From contig QPMI01000656.1 in assembly GCA_004431415.1 (NCBI GenBank), positions 1 through 64,000 on the forward strand: a DNA stretch of 64,000 nucleotides. The letters are read 5' to 3'. The position numbers were made by a program, and so were the translations under genes. Position 1 is the stretch's first letter; each line of letters begins with the position of its first letter. This stretch comes from Cyanophora paradoxa CCMP329. Its lineage: Eukaryota > Plantae > Glaucophyta. The notes under the pieces were generated by a model. It was not told where the DNA came from, made no database searches, and saw nothing but the letters and a program-made list of their open reading frames with translations. Positions 48,085 to 61,102 of the stretch are shown piece by piece.

Positions 48085-49290
48085 ATGGCGCGCTTGCTCG
48101 TGCTCGCACTCGCACTGAGCGCGTTGGGCGCCTCCAGTTGCAGCGCCGCCTCGAGCAAGGACCTTTTCTGGTGCACAGGCGACTCGCAGCCGAAACAGGT
48201 GCGCGCTTCGCGCATCCCTAAGTTCCGTCTAGCTATCACTCACTTCGCGCGCGCGCGCGCGCGCTGCAGCCGCAACCACCGCTGGTTTTCTGCGCAGAGT
48301 ACCGCGGCAACTCCTGCTGCAGCTTCGAGGGCTCCCTCGCCTTGCAAATGATCGTTTCCAACGTGCGGCGTGCGGCACCGCGTCTCCAATGTCCTCAGCC
48401 CGCGCAGATCTCGGCATCGCTGCGCGGCCCGCCCGCCGCGCTTTCCGCCTGCATAGAGGAGATCCGGCGCCTTGCCTGCGCAGTGGGATGGTCGGCGTGG
48501 CTCCGATGTGCAGCGCGTCCGCGCTCACCGACCCGCAGCTCGCCGTGGCGGTCGCTTCTCAGCGAGATGGCCGCGGACGGCCGCGCGGACTGCCCCGTAT
48601 GCGGAACCTTCTGTGAATCCCTTCGCGACGCCTGCGACGGGCTCTCCATAGCGCCGACGACCCTCAACCCGAACGCCACCGCCGCCGACCCGGCCGTTCC
48701 CGTCGCGAACCTGACGGCGGGAGAGGCGCGCGCGCCCCCGCCGGCACTGCCCGGAGCCGACGGGGCCTCACCGCGTTGCCCGCGCAGCTCTGCTCGTGGC
48801 CCCTCGTGGAGCTCGACGGGCGCGGGCTGGGCCCCCTCCGGGTCGACGCCTCGCCGGGGCGGTGCCCCCGCGCCCTCCCTTCTTCTTCGCCTTTCGATTC
48901 AACCTGAGGGGGCGCCGCAGCCTCTGCCTGCTCCCGGAGCACGGCCGCTCCAGCTCGCTCCTCTCCACCGCGCGCCCCGCGCCGCCCCGCGCCCCGCCTC
49001 GCGCGCCACGCCGGAGCCTCTGAACCGCGCTCCCTCGCTCGCGCACGCGCAGGGCTTGTTCGCCACGGCGCTTCTGGCCGCCATGTTGACCGCTCGCCTC
49101 GTCTGGACGCGCCTGCGGTACCACGGGCGCGCCTCGTGCTCCGCCCCCCCGCCCGCCGTTCGCGCCTGCGCCTCCCCGTGACCGCCGAGGCCTCCAGATA
49201 CGTGCCCATCCGCGCTGGGACGGGTGCCTGGCCCCGGTCCTCGCGGCTTACGGGCGCCCCCTCATTTGCGGGCGCAGGCAGCGCAGGCTG
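48085..49290 (+). CDS. Secreted or membrane-anchored Cys-rich protein, folate-receptor-like domain
   Basis: Signal peptide MARLLVLALALSALG; EYRGNSCCS, CIEEIRRLACA, CPVCGTFCESLRDAC; C-terminal TM GLFATALLAAMLTARLVW. The 3' end is approximate. Confidence 0.55.
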
Positions 49291-49674
49291 AACCCGAACT
49301 CTCGTCGCGCGTCCCTCGCCCGAATCCGACGCGGCCGCGGCGGGCCGTTCGCAAGCCGTGGCCGGCCGCTTCCGAATTCACAACCGCGACACGCACTTGT
49401 ACAGATGTACAGCGATATAGCTAGCGGCGCAACATGCGCCCCGCGCCGAGCTCTCGAGCTCCGACAATAGCAGCACGCGCACCAGCACCAGCACCAGCAA
49501 TATCAATGTCTATTTATATTGAAAAATAAAACGCTGTACAGTGATTTCAAACAGTTTCACATAGCCTAGTAGGTGCTCCTGTACATCAAATCTCACACCA
49601 CACCGCGCGCGGGCTAATCTTGATCGAAGGCGGCGCATTTTCAGGGGCCCAGCAGGGCCCCACGCCGGGGCCCG

Positions 49675-52600
49675 CTAGACGAAGCGGGACTCGCGGTGGT
49701 GCGGGGCGGCGGGGGCGGGCCGCCGCGCCCTGCCGGGGCGGCTCGGGGGCGGGGCCAGGGCCGGCGGGCCGACCCCGAGGCTCGCCTTGAGCTCGCCTAT
49801 GACGGCCCGCAGGCTGCCCCGCAGGGCGGTCGTGGCGGGGCGCGGGGGCGCCGCGGGGCGTGCGGGGCCGGCGCCCCCGCCGCCACGTCCGCCGGCGACG
49901 GCCGCTCCCGCCGGTGGGTCAGCAGCGCAGAGAGGACGGCGTCCTCCTCGGAGGCCGGCGGGAGGCGCGCCGAGGCTCCCAGGAGCCGCTCCTGAGCGGC
50001 GCGGTAGTGCGCGAGGTACTCGCCCAGCGGCCCCTCCTCGACCCGGAGGGGGGGCGGGCCGCCTCCTCCCCGCCCCGCCCCGCCCCGGCCTGCGCGCCCC
50101 GCGCCGTGCTGGCGCGCGGGGCGAGGCGCCCAGGCCCTCGATGGCGGCGACGAGGGGCGGGGGAGGACGAGGATGGAGCCGGGCGGGGCAGCGGTGCCCC
50201 GCCGGCGTCGGCGGCGGCCGCGGGCCGAAGGGCGGGGAGCCCAGCAGGGAGCGCGAGGCGGGGGCGGAGGCCGGCCCTGGGGCGGCCTCGGCCGCGGGGC
50301 GGAGGGTGAAGGAGGGGAGCTTGGGGAGGGGCTGCGTCTGGCTCGCAGAGGGCGGGGAGCCGGCGGCGCCGGGGGGCGGGCCGGGGGGTACGGAGGAGTC
50401 CAGGGAGCGGGCGAGGGCGCCGAGGGCGAGGGGGGGCACGAGGGGCCAGAGGGCCACGCCGGCCGGCAGCGAGAGGCGCCGCATGGAGCCCTGCGCTCCG
50501 CCTTAGCCCAGCGAGAGCCAAAACGAGGCTGGGCGGGGCGGGGCGCGGGCTCGCCGAGCGAGTCTGGAGCGGCCGGGACGACCCGAGGTCGCCGCTGGAG
50601 AGGGGCTTGGAGCGGCGCGGGGGGCCAGCCCCCTCCTCGCCCCGGTCGTCGGCCCCGCCCTCGTCGAGGCCGGCCTCGCCGCCCCGCGAGGGCCGCCGCC
50701 AGGAGCGCAGCGAGGCCCGCGAGGACCCGTGCTGCTGCTGCTGCTGCTGCCCGGCGGCCCCTGCCCCTGCGCCTGGGCCTGGGCCTGGGCGTGCGCGCCG
50801 GCCTGCAGCCGCCGCTCCTCCCGGCGGCGCCGGCTGCGCTCCTCGCGCCGCAGCGCGGCCATCGCCGCCTGCGCCGCCTCCCGCGCCCCGGCCGCTCCGC
50901 AAAGGCCTCCGCCCTCCGGCCGGGGGCGATGCCGGCGGCGCCGGGTGCGGATGCGGGTGCGGGTGCGGGTGGGGTGCGGGGCGGCGGGGCGGGCGGCTGG
51001 GGGTGCTGCTGCCCCGGGCCGGAGGGGCGGGGACGACCCGGGCTTGATCCCGAGCGTCGTGTGGAACCTGCGGACACGGCGCGGGCCTTCAGCTGGAGGG
51101 GCGGGGCGGGCGGAGCCGGCGGGCGGGGGCGGGGGCGGGCCTGTGGTGCGGGGCGCGCCCCGCGAGGGCGTTGTGGGAGGGGGCCCGCCGGCCGCACCCG
51201 CCCGCCATCAGCGGCGCCTCGCAGCTGCGCCCCGCGCACGCGTCAGGCCGGGGGCGGCCAGGCGGGCGGGGCGGGCGGGGCGGGCCTGGCGACGGCGCGG
51301 ATGCTGTCGAGGCGGGCGCGGTCGAGGGCCTCCCGCCGATCCGCCTCCGCCCGCAGCAACTGCCCCGCCTCGTCCGTCAGGTCTGCCCCCGCCCGCCCGC
51401 CGCCTCCCCGTCAGCTCCGCCGCGGGCGGGGCGGGGCGGGGCGGGGCGGGGCGGGGGCGCGGACGGGCGAGGAGCTCGGCGCGGGGGCAGTAGAGGAGCT
51501 CGCAGGCGGTCTCGGCGACCACCGTGCTCCCCGCCGGCCGCTCCAGCAGCACCTGCGTGCGGAGGCGGCCCCTCAGAGGCGGGGCAGGCGGGGGCGGCGG
51601 GCGGCGGGGGCGGGGCCTCGCCTCGTGGACGCCCAGGATGGAGTTCTCGGCGAGGACGGAGAGCGCCACCGGCACCCGCGGCCGCTGCCCGCCCCGCCCT
51701 CAGGGGGTGCGGGCGGGAGGGGCAGGGGGCGCGGGAGGGGCGGGGGCGGGCCTGGGTGATGGGGACCTGCGGGGTGAGGACGCTCACGGGTTGCGGCGCG
51801 ATCTCCCACGAGAGCTCCACCTCCCTGCGCGAGCGAGCGAGGGCAGAGGGGGCGGGGGTGGGCGGGGAGCGAGCGCGGGGGACGAGAGGGCGGGCGGGCG
51901 GGCGAGAGGGCGGGGGCACCTGCTGACGCGGCAGCAGCCGGAGCGGAGGACGAAGATGCCGGGCACGGGCCGCCCCTCCTCCATCAGCACTGCCCGCCCC
52001 CGCCCCGCGTCGGTTTGGCGGGGCGGGGCGGGGCGGGGAGGGCACCGGTGTGGCGGGGGACGGAGCGCCGCGAGAAGACGCTCGCCAGCTGCGCCGCCCG
52101 TCGGCGCGGCGGGCGGCGGCGGGGGCGCTGGGGGCGGCGCCCGGGGCGCCGGAAGGAGCGCGAGGGATCTGTGGCTAGGTGCTTTCTCGCGGGAAGCACG
52201 CCTGGCGCCCCTTCCACGCCTCTTGGCGCCCCCGCCGCCCGCCCCCCCCCTCCCCCCCCCCCCCCCCACCTTGGTGAAGCGGTCGAGGCGCAGGGCGTGG
52301 AAGGCTGCGAAGCGGCGCAGGTACTCCAGCTTCCCCGCCAGCTCCCGCTCCTTCCACCGCCTGCCCCGCCGAGGAGAGAAGAGGGTGAGGGGCGGGGGGA
52401 GGCGCGGGGGGTTCCGGGCGGGCCTGAGGGTGCGGTCGAAGTCGCGGCGGTCGAGGACGGCGAGCTCGAGGGGGCCCGCCTCCCCCGCCGTCACCGACGC
52501 GGACCGCGGCTCCGACTTGATCAGCGCCAGCTCCCCGAACGCATCCCCCGCCTTTCCGAGCGCGCGCCCAGTCAGCGGGGGCCAGCGGGCGGCCCTGCAG

Positions 52601-54232
52601 GGGCCCGGCCCCGCGTCACCTTGAGGCAGGCGAGGAGGACGCGGGAGGGCGGGGGCCCCCCGCCCCAGGGCGACGCAGGCGCCGCGTCCGGGCGAGGCGA
52701 GGGCGCGGGGGGCTCCGGCGAGGTCGAGACCAGGCCCTCGAGGCCGTGCCCGTACCCCCCTTCGAATCGGTCCCCGTCCCCGGACACCAGCGTGGACCCC
52801 ACAGAGCTCCGCCTCCGCTGCTGCCGCGCGGCCGCGGGCGGGGCCAGGCCCTCCGCCCGGGGGGTACCCGCGGCCGCGCCCCGGCGCCCCGCGTGCTTCC
52901 ACACCTCCGCCGTGCCCTGCGCCCCGCCGGCGGCTCGGGAGGGAGCGGGGGGTCGCGCGGGGAGGGGGCGCGGCGCACGCCGAGGACGATGTAGAAGGTG
53001 GAGGCCTCCTCCCCCTCCAGGAAGACGTGCTCCCCCGGCAGCCTCCGCAGGTACGACAGGCAGCGGCTGCCGGGCGCATCGGCGAGGGGCGTCGGCGGGG
53101 GGCCCGGGGAGGGGGGGCGTGGGAGGGGGCGGGGGCGCGCCAGATCTCGAGGAGGACGGACTCGTCCATGGGGTTCTGCTGGAAGAAGCGCGCCTCGCGC
53201 ACGTGCACGAGCAGCTTCGAGAGGTCCCGGATCGTCCGCGCCTCCGGCCTGCCCGCCCCGCTCGGCACGGAAGGGGGGGGGGGCGGGGGGGGGGGGGGGG
53301 GGGGGGAGGATGGCGGGGTACGCCGCACTTCTTGAGGAGGAGGTCGCGGAGGTTCGTGTCGTCGCGGGCGATGACCGTCGCGGAGCGCGGGACGGTGCGC
53401 GGGCCCGCGGGCGCGGGCGTGGGCGAGGGCGTCGCCGCGTGCGGCGGGGCCGCCGCCTCGCTCTGCATCGCCGCCGAGATCGCGACCTGCGCCAGCGAGG
53501 CGGCCATGCTGATCCGCCTCGACTGCGCGCCGGCCGGGCCCCCGCGTCGGCGGCGGCGTGGGGGCGTGGGGGCGGGCGGGCGGGGCCACTGCGGCGGCGC
53601 GCACGCTGCCGGAGGCGGCGGCGGCGGTCGCGGCCGCCACAGAGACCGCCGAGCGGAACTGCGCGGCGCTCGAGCTCGGCGGGCGGGAGGGGCGGGGCGC
53701 GCGAACCACGTCCGAGAGGCGGCGGCGGCGCTCCTCGGGCGTCTCAGCGTGCTCGCCCGGCTCCTCCCCCGACGGGGCGCGCCGCTCCTCGCCGCCCTCC
53801 CCCTGCGCGCCGCGCGTGACGCCGGGCGGAGCGCGCGAGGGGGCGGAGCTCGCCTTGGCGCGCGCGAGGCTCCGGTCGGACCCGCGGGACCCGTTCGAGC
53901 GGCTGGGGGAGAGGCGCCCTTCGCCAGGGGCCTCCCCGCGGCCCGCGAGCGACCGCAACGAGACTTCGAGGTGCTTCTGCTTCTTGCCCGAGACCTTCCC
54001 CTGCAAGGACGCGTCCCCGCCGTCCGCGCCGCCGCCGTCCTCTGCCGATTTCGGCTGCGCGCCGGTCAGCGTTCAGCGCTCGCGCCTCGATAGCGGGACG
54101 AAGCACCCGAGCAGCGGCGGAATCCTGACTCGACAAGCTCGAGTCTTCGGGCCCAGATAGGAAGAGCTTCGGGCCGCGTATGCTGTCAGCGCCCCTGCCG
54201 CCGCCACCGGCATGGCCGGTCTCCGATGCCAT
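49675..54232 (-). CDS. Protein with two cyclic-nucleotide-binding domains (CNBD2-like) and low-complexity tails
   Basis: VFLEGEEASTFYIVL, GDAFGELALIKSEPRSASV, LAVLDRRDFDRTL; second degenerate CNB VLMEEGRPVPGIFVLRSGCCRV..ENSILG. Termini approximate. Confidence 0.8.
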
Positions 54233-54888
54233 CAAGTCCCTTTGGAGGCCGGACAAGCTGGACGTCGACGCTCGGTTTGATCGGCGAGTTGACGGCAGCT
54301 AGCAGATCTAGAGCTAGAAGGAGCTAGCTACAAGCCTAGAGAATCCAATTTGTTGGAATTCGCGACGACTCGCCGGGCGGCGCCAGCAAGCATGTCGACG
54401 TCGACGTCGGCTTGGTTTCAGCTTGGCCTGTACCCCCGACTCCTCCCTACTTCGAATTCGTCTAGATCTATCATACGGTATACGTAGTATTTGAATTGAT
54501 ATGAATCAAGTTCAGCATCACAAAGAAATGTCCGTATGCGAGATGGAGATCGAGTTCTGAAGAAGGAGCCCGTCAAGGCGGGCTGGCCCCGCCTAGATCT
54601 AGATTCACACGCGAAATAAGAAACAGGCGACCGACAAGAAATTGGAGGGCTGCGCTCGCACGCGCTGTACAGGTCCGGGCAGCCGCCCGCCGAAAGGAGG
54701 AGAAAATGCCGAGGGCGAGGGTGCGGGGTAGGGAGCATAAATACACATAAGAAGGAAGGCGATGTGGTAAAATCTATGTGCAGTGGGGCGCCCGCGCCGA
54801 GGCCGGGGCGGCCGGGGCGGCCCCCCGAGGCGGCGGCGGGGGGAGGCCGCGCCGCGCCTCGCCGTGCCGGGGGCGGGGCGGGGGCGCC

Positions 54889-56377
54889 TCAGAGGAGGGC
54901 GAAGGGGCCGACGTCGGCGTCGAACTTCTCGTCGCTGCCGATGACCACCATCTGCCCCCGCCGCCGCCGCGTCGGGCCCCGCCGCCCCGGGGGGCCCCAG
55001 CGAGGGAGTGCCCGGGTCCCCCCCCGCACCTGGTAAGTGCCCTTCATGCAGCCGGCGATCTCCCCGTTGCCGAGGCGCCTGCGGGGGCGGGCGGGTGAGG
55101 GGGCGGGGGCGGGGGGGAGGGGGCGGGGCGGGGCGGGCCTGTTGAGGCTGATCGGGCACGCGGACGTGTACTCGAAGCTCTTCCCGGGCTCCAGCACCGG
55201 CGTCTCCCCGACCACTGCCCCCCGAGAGACCGCCGGCGTCGGGAGAGGCGGCGCGGGGGGGCGGCCTGTCGGGGGCGCGCGCGCGCGCGGGGCAGGCGCA
55301 CGCACCACCCGGCCCGCGGACGTGCTCGATGTTGCCGTCGGCGTCCTTGATGACCCAGTGCCTGGAGAGCAGCTGCACCGTCTCGTCCCCCTCGTCTGCT
55401 CGCCGGCAGCGGTGGGCCCGGGCGGGGCGGGGCGGGGCGGGGCGGGGCGGCAGGCGGGGCGGGCGCACTGGTGATGTTGATGGCGTACGCGAAGAAGAAG
55501 TAGTTGTCGTCCGGCGAGCTCCGGTTCGGCACCAGGTACGAGCGCGCCCGCACCCGCACGCCCTGCCCCGCCCCCGCCGCGTCGGCGCGCGGGGGGGCGG
55601 GGGCGGCGGCGGCGGCGGCGGCGCGCACGTTCGTGGAGACGTCGCTGACGTTGGAGATCGGGAAGTCGCTGATGCCCTCCTTGGGCTCGTTCAACGCGTC
55701 CTCGGAAATGCTGAGGAGCTCGTCCCGGATCTTATGCGCGCGTGAGCGGAGGACCGGCGGCGATCGGCGACGGCGGGCCGGCCGACCTGCGCGGCGAGCT
55801 CGTACTCCTCCGCGGCGACCGCCCGAGCCATGTCCTCGCGCAGGAACCTGCGGTGGGCGGCGTGGCGTCGGCGCTGGGGCCAATCAATCATCCTCAGAGG
55901 GCATTTGACCGCGCTCGGAGGCCAACATCCGTCTTCGCGAGCTCCTTAAGCTCTGCGAGCCACTATGAGCGCATGTATGCAGCCGGCCGCCACGGCCTGC
56001 CGGCCGGAGCCTCGGTAGATCTAGAACGAACCGCTCTGAAGCTGAGCTGCCTGCGAATAATCTTCGGCAGCAACGGCAGACTCGATGTCTTTCAGAAGCT
56101 GCTTCGCAGCTGGGCTGGGATGAAGGGCGGTCGCGCTTGTTGGGGTCTCGGCGACAATGCGGCCAATGAATCTCGCGGCCGGGGCTGGGGTGGCCTGGAC
56201 ACCGAATCGAACGCGAACACCCAACCAAGCCTTCTGGAAGCTTCCTACGCGCTGGGCTGCACGCGCTTCTGGGAGCCGACCACTGCACGCGACCACGCGG
56301 GCCGCCCGGATGCACGCCACAGGCGCACCCGCGCGAGCCGACAACGCCGAAGGAACGCCCGGGCCGAGGCTGAACAT
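54889..56377 (-). CDS. apaG: UVR-domain + ApaG (DUF525) protein, probably plastid-targeted
   Basis: Two UVR motifs (IESAVAAEDYSQAAQL, MARAVAAEEYELAAQIRDEL); ApaG motifs YFFFAYAINIT, VQLLSRHWVIKD, VVGETPVLEPGKSFEYTSACP, MKGTYQM, FDADVGPFAL; Ser/Ala/Arg-rich N-terminus starting MF. Confidence 0.88.
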
Positions 56378-56771
56378 CCTGCCTGCACCGACGAACGCGT
56401 ACCCCCCGATGCAGTACTCCCCCAGGTCAACTGACCTTCGTCAAGTGATCAACTGACCTTCGTCAAGCGACTCAGTGAGGCGCCGAGCCACCGACAACAT
56501 CCGCCTGCTCCCGAAATAGCATTCCGGCTCCTTTGGCCGCAGGCCACCGAAGTTGTTCCCTCTCTCCAAGGTACGCGATCTGATCGGTCACTTGACGAGC
56601 CAACTTGTGTGACCTCAATGTCAGGTCACATACGTCTTCTGACGCCGAGCTTAAGAGGAGAGCTCATCAGGCAGCCGGGCATTCGTACTTCAGCTTGCTC
56701 AACTTCACCACTGGCATTCGACCTGCTCAAGCTTCGGCGCCAGCTCTACCGCGAGCGGAGAGAGATCAAGA

Positions 56772-58055
56772 ATGTCGGATGTCATAGACAGGCGAGCGCA
56801 AGAACTGCCGGCCGCGGCTCTCGCAGCGGATGCGGAGGCGGCGGCACCAGCACTGCGGCCAGCCCCTCGACCAGCGCGACGGTTGTACGGCAGGGCCGCG
56901 CTCCCAATCCAAACGATCGTGGACATGGCTATGGAGTGCATACAAAATTGCCCTGATCTGGGGCGGAGAGCAAGGATAGTCGGACGACTCGCGCCGCTCC
57001 TGCACCGGCGACCAGGGGTGCGCAGAGCCATCCTAGAGGCCGCCGCGAATTCCGTCGCTTAAATAGAGGCTTTCAGGCGAGCGTTCCTCTGCGCGTTCAC
57101 CGAGCCCCCTCTCGCTGCGCAGACGAACCCCGGCGGGCGCCAGAGGATCGTGGAAGAGCTGCAGGAGATCCTGGGCGACCTCTACCCCGCGCTGGTCGCG
57201 AGGATCGCCGACGTGGTGCCGCTCCTCCCGGTGCGCGGCGCGGCTCGAGCTTCACGCGGGGACGTTCGCGTTCGGGGCGCTCACGGGGCGGGGCAGCTGG
57301 ACGTGGAGTACGAGGCGCCGGTGCTGGAGCCGCTCGTGGCGTCGTTCCTCTCGGAGGCGCAGCAGGCGACCTTCCGCGCGCTGGAGCCGGAGCACCGCAG
57401 GCGCTACTGCCACAAGCTCCTGCTCAACAACCCCGGGGTCCGCGGCGCCGCTCCGACCCCGATCGCGCCCGAGCCGGCGGCTCACGGGCGAGCGCGCGCG
57501 CAGCTGAAGGCGCTCTACAGGCGGAAGCTCGCGGAGCGGGGCCTTGCGTGCGTCGAGGCCGCCGGCCCCTCGGTTCGGGCCGGCGCGGGCCGCTCACGAG
57601 TGCGCGCAGGGGCGACTCGCCGGCGGCGAAGCGCAGGCGGGCCCTTGCCGTCGTCTGTGAGACCACGGCCCCCATCCCCGCGCCCGAGGCGGCGGCGGCG
57701 GCGGCCGCCGCCGCCAAGGAGGAGGATCCGGAGGAGCGCGCCCCCGAGCCCAAGCCCAAGCGGGAGGCGGAGCCCAAGCGCGAGATCGAGCACCACGCCC
57801 CCGAGTGCTGCGTCTGGTGCGCCCCGGCCCCGCCCCGGCCCCGCCCCGCCCGGCCCGGCCCTCTCCTCCCCCGCTGAGCGGCGCGCGGGCAGCCGGGGCG
57901 GGGCGCCGTCGGTGCTGCTTCTGCCGTGCAAGCACCTCGCCTACTGCGGCTGCTGCTGGGCAGAGCCGGCGCAGCGCCGGCGCCTCCTCGGCATGGGGTG
58001 CCCCCTCTGCCGCGCCTCCATCGACGCCTTCATCCCGGGGGTCGTCCTGCCTTGA
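56772..58055 (+). CDS. C-terminal C3HC4-type RING finger protein (putative E3 ligase)
   Basis: Spliced ECCVC....SVLLLPCKHLAYCGCC.....CPLCRASI; start codon tentative. Confidence 0.8.
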
Positions 58056-58521
58056 TTGCGGGGGTCGTCATGCCTTGCGAAAAGGCCTTCCGTTTACGTA
58101 TACGTATGAGCTTCTTGTTCTTAAGGCATAGATCCCTGAGACGTCGACCCCCGAATATCATAAACATAAATACTTTAGTGCGCATAAATCTTTCTGGCGC
58201 GGCAGCTGTGCGCATTTTCCGTCCCCGTAGGCCGGGGGCCTCGCGCATTATGTATATCGCATTTCAAATACTGTAGTATACTATGCTTCACTCTCGACGT
58301 GTTCACCGATCTCTTAGTGCTTAATAGACTTTACGAGTAGAGTTCTCGTTCTCGTATTTTAGTCCGAACATGTAGAGCGGTAGAGCGTTTGCGGTCACAA
58401 TGCGATGAACAGCGGTCTGAACAGCGGTAGAGCTGCGATGGTCTGCAGCTGGTCTTTCGTTCGCAGTGGAGTGTGAAGCAGTCGCAGAAGAAGCGTTATG
58501 TGCACGACAAGAAATTGAGAA

Positions 58522-60831
58522 TTATAATGATCGGATCAGATCAGAGCAAGCGGACGTCCCAGCGGGGGAGGAGGGCGCGGAAGCGGCGGGCGGCGGCGGC
58601 GCAGGCCGGCCCCTCGCCGAGGCCGCCCCCGGGGACCCAGAGCTCCAGCCCCGCCCCGCAGCCGGGCCCAAGCCCCCGGCCGCCCCCCGCCGGCTCCAGC
58701 GCGCCCAGCGGCGCCAGCGCCGCTTCAAAGGCGGCGGCGTCTCGCGGGGGCCGCAGAGGAGGCGGGCGTGGCGCAGGCGGCGGCAGGCGGCCAGCGCGGC
58801 GAGCTCGGCGCCGGCGGCTTCGGGCCCAGCGCCGTGCGGCGGTACGAGACGAGCGCGCCGCGCGCCGCGCGGAGGAGGCCGGCCGCCCGCTCGGAGACGG
58901 GGTCGGGCCCGGGGGCCGCCGGCGCCCAAGAGGCCACGGGGTGCAGGGAGAGGGAGAGGTCGCGCAGGGCGGGGAGGGCGGGGAGGGCGGCGGCGAGGCC
59001 GGCGAGGCCGGAGGCGACCCCCCCGGTGCTCCCCTCCAGCCGCACCCGGAGCCTCTCCAGGCCCCAGAGCCGCCCGAGGGCCAGCGTCTGCCCCTCGTCC
59101 CCGGCGGCAGGGGCGAGGCCCACGGCGAGCTCCCTCAGCCGCCCCAGCGCCGCCAGCTCCTCGTCCGCCGGCGCCTCCGAGAGCACGTACCCGTCGCCGT
59201 CCGCCAGCGCCAGGCTTCGCAGGGAGCCCTGCGCCCCCGTCGCACTGGGCGAACGTGTGCGCGTGCGAATCGAGGGCGGGCACCAGTCTCTGAAGGGGGG
59301 CGAGCGAGGGCACGTGGTACTCGCGAGCGCAGGGTCGCCGAGCAGCCAGCGGCCCCGAAAGGCTCAGAGCCTCCAGCGTACCCCGCTCGCCCACCGCCTC
59401 CACCAGCGCAGCCAGCGATGAGTCCGCCAGGGGTAGGTCTGCGCATAGTTTTTGAGCGCGGGTGAGGGATACGGGATTTCGGGAGGGGTACGCGGTTACC
59501 AAGCTGCAGACGACGGAGGCAGCGGAGGCGCCCGACCGTGCGCATAGCGGCCTCTCCGAGCCCCTCGCGGAGTTCGAACGTGTCGGCGCTTTTCCGGCCA
59601 GCCAGGCGCAGCTCCTCAAGAGAGGGGTACATCTCCGCGACGGCCTCCACGACCTTGAGCGTCGGGGACCAGTACCCCGCCTCTTCGCCTGCGTGCGGTT
59701 CGGCTCCGGCGGGGTCCGGGTTCCTCCCTACCCCTCTCCCGGCGCGCACCCCTTTCCTCCTTCTCCTCTTCGCCTTCTTCGTCGTCGATGGGGGCGGGCG
59801 CGCAGAGGCCGAGCGACGTGAGCGCGGGGGCCGCGCCGGCCAGCGCCGCCACGAAGGGGCCGTCCGCGTCGCAGTACCCCGCCAGGTCCAGCCGCCGCAG
59901 CGCCGGGAGGCCGCGCAGGCCCGCGAGCAGCGCCTCCAGCGTCGCGCCCGCTGCATGGGGCGCGTGAGCGACGCGGCGGAGGCGGGGCCGGCGGGGCCGC
60001 GCGCCGGCGGCGGGTCGCGCACTTGGGGCGGCGAAGGCGAAGGTGCGGTCCGGTATGTTCAAGTCGATGCGGAGCTCGACGAGCGTCGAAGCGGAGCGCT
60101 CCGCCAGCGCCGACGCCAGCGCGGCCGCGTACGCGTGCCGCGGCGCCACGCCTCGCACGACCGCGGCAGCCGACGGCGGCTTCGGCGGGACCGGCTTGCG
60201 CACGCTGCCCCAGTTGCGGCGGGGCGGCCGCGGCGGCACCGCGGCGACGTCGGCGTGGCACAGGCTGACGCGCTGCAGGCCTCCCAGCGAGCGCGCCATC
60301 TTCAGGACCTGCGGATCGAATTTGATCTGGAGCCGGCGCGGCGCCGGCGCTAGCGCTCGAGCTGTAGCAGCGCACGCTCTCTGCGACGCTCGGGCCAGGT
60401 GCACGCGGCTCGGAAGTCCACGCATCCACGGCGAGCTCCGATGCCAGCAGCGAGCCGCCGCGCGCGCGCTCACCCCACGCGTCGATCCGGAAGTCCGGCG
60501 GCAGCTGCAGGTCCAGCGCCTCGAGGTCGTGGTGCGGAGGATGAATACCGATAATCGGCCAGACAACTCCGAGCAACGCTGAGGCGATGCGCCGACTGAC
60601 GAGGGCCAGCCTGCAAGCCTCCCAGGCCTTGTCCAAGCCAACCAGCCGTATGACCTTGTCCAGTATCGCGTCGGGGAGCGATTCCAGCAGCGACAATCCA
60701 GTCGGCGCTGGTGCAGGCTCCGCTAGGATCCTCGCTAGAGCTAAGCTGGCCGGGGGCTCGCGGGGCTGCGACTCCTTAAGCTTCGAGCTGGGACCGGCGG
60801 AATCGCACTTGGCGCGCTTCCTCGGCGGCAT
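58522..60831 (-). CDS. F-box / LRR protein
   Basis: MPPRKRAK start; F-box LLESLPDAILDKVIRLV...LALVSRRI; repeats LPALRRLDL, APALTSLGL, YPSLEELRL, LGRLRELAV, LPALRDLSL. The 3' end is approximate. Confidence 0.75.
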
Positions 60832-61102
60832 CTGCACTGAAGACGCCGATTGCCGGCTCCGGACGTCGACTGAGTTGCGTGGCCGTAATGCGTGCTGCTG
60901 GGCTGCTTGTACCCCCAACCGCCAGCGTGGCTCCTTAAGTGTCGCGGTGCGAAGATGGTAGACACAAGGTGCGAATGCGCGGCGCGCAGCTAAAGCGCGT
61001 GACGTCCGGCGGCGCACGCGTCGCCGGTCATAGCGACCGCAGCCCTTCAGCAGCGACCGCACGTTCCCCTCGGTGTCCGACGCACGCGCTGATCCCGCAT
61101 CG

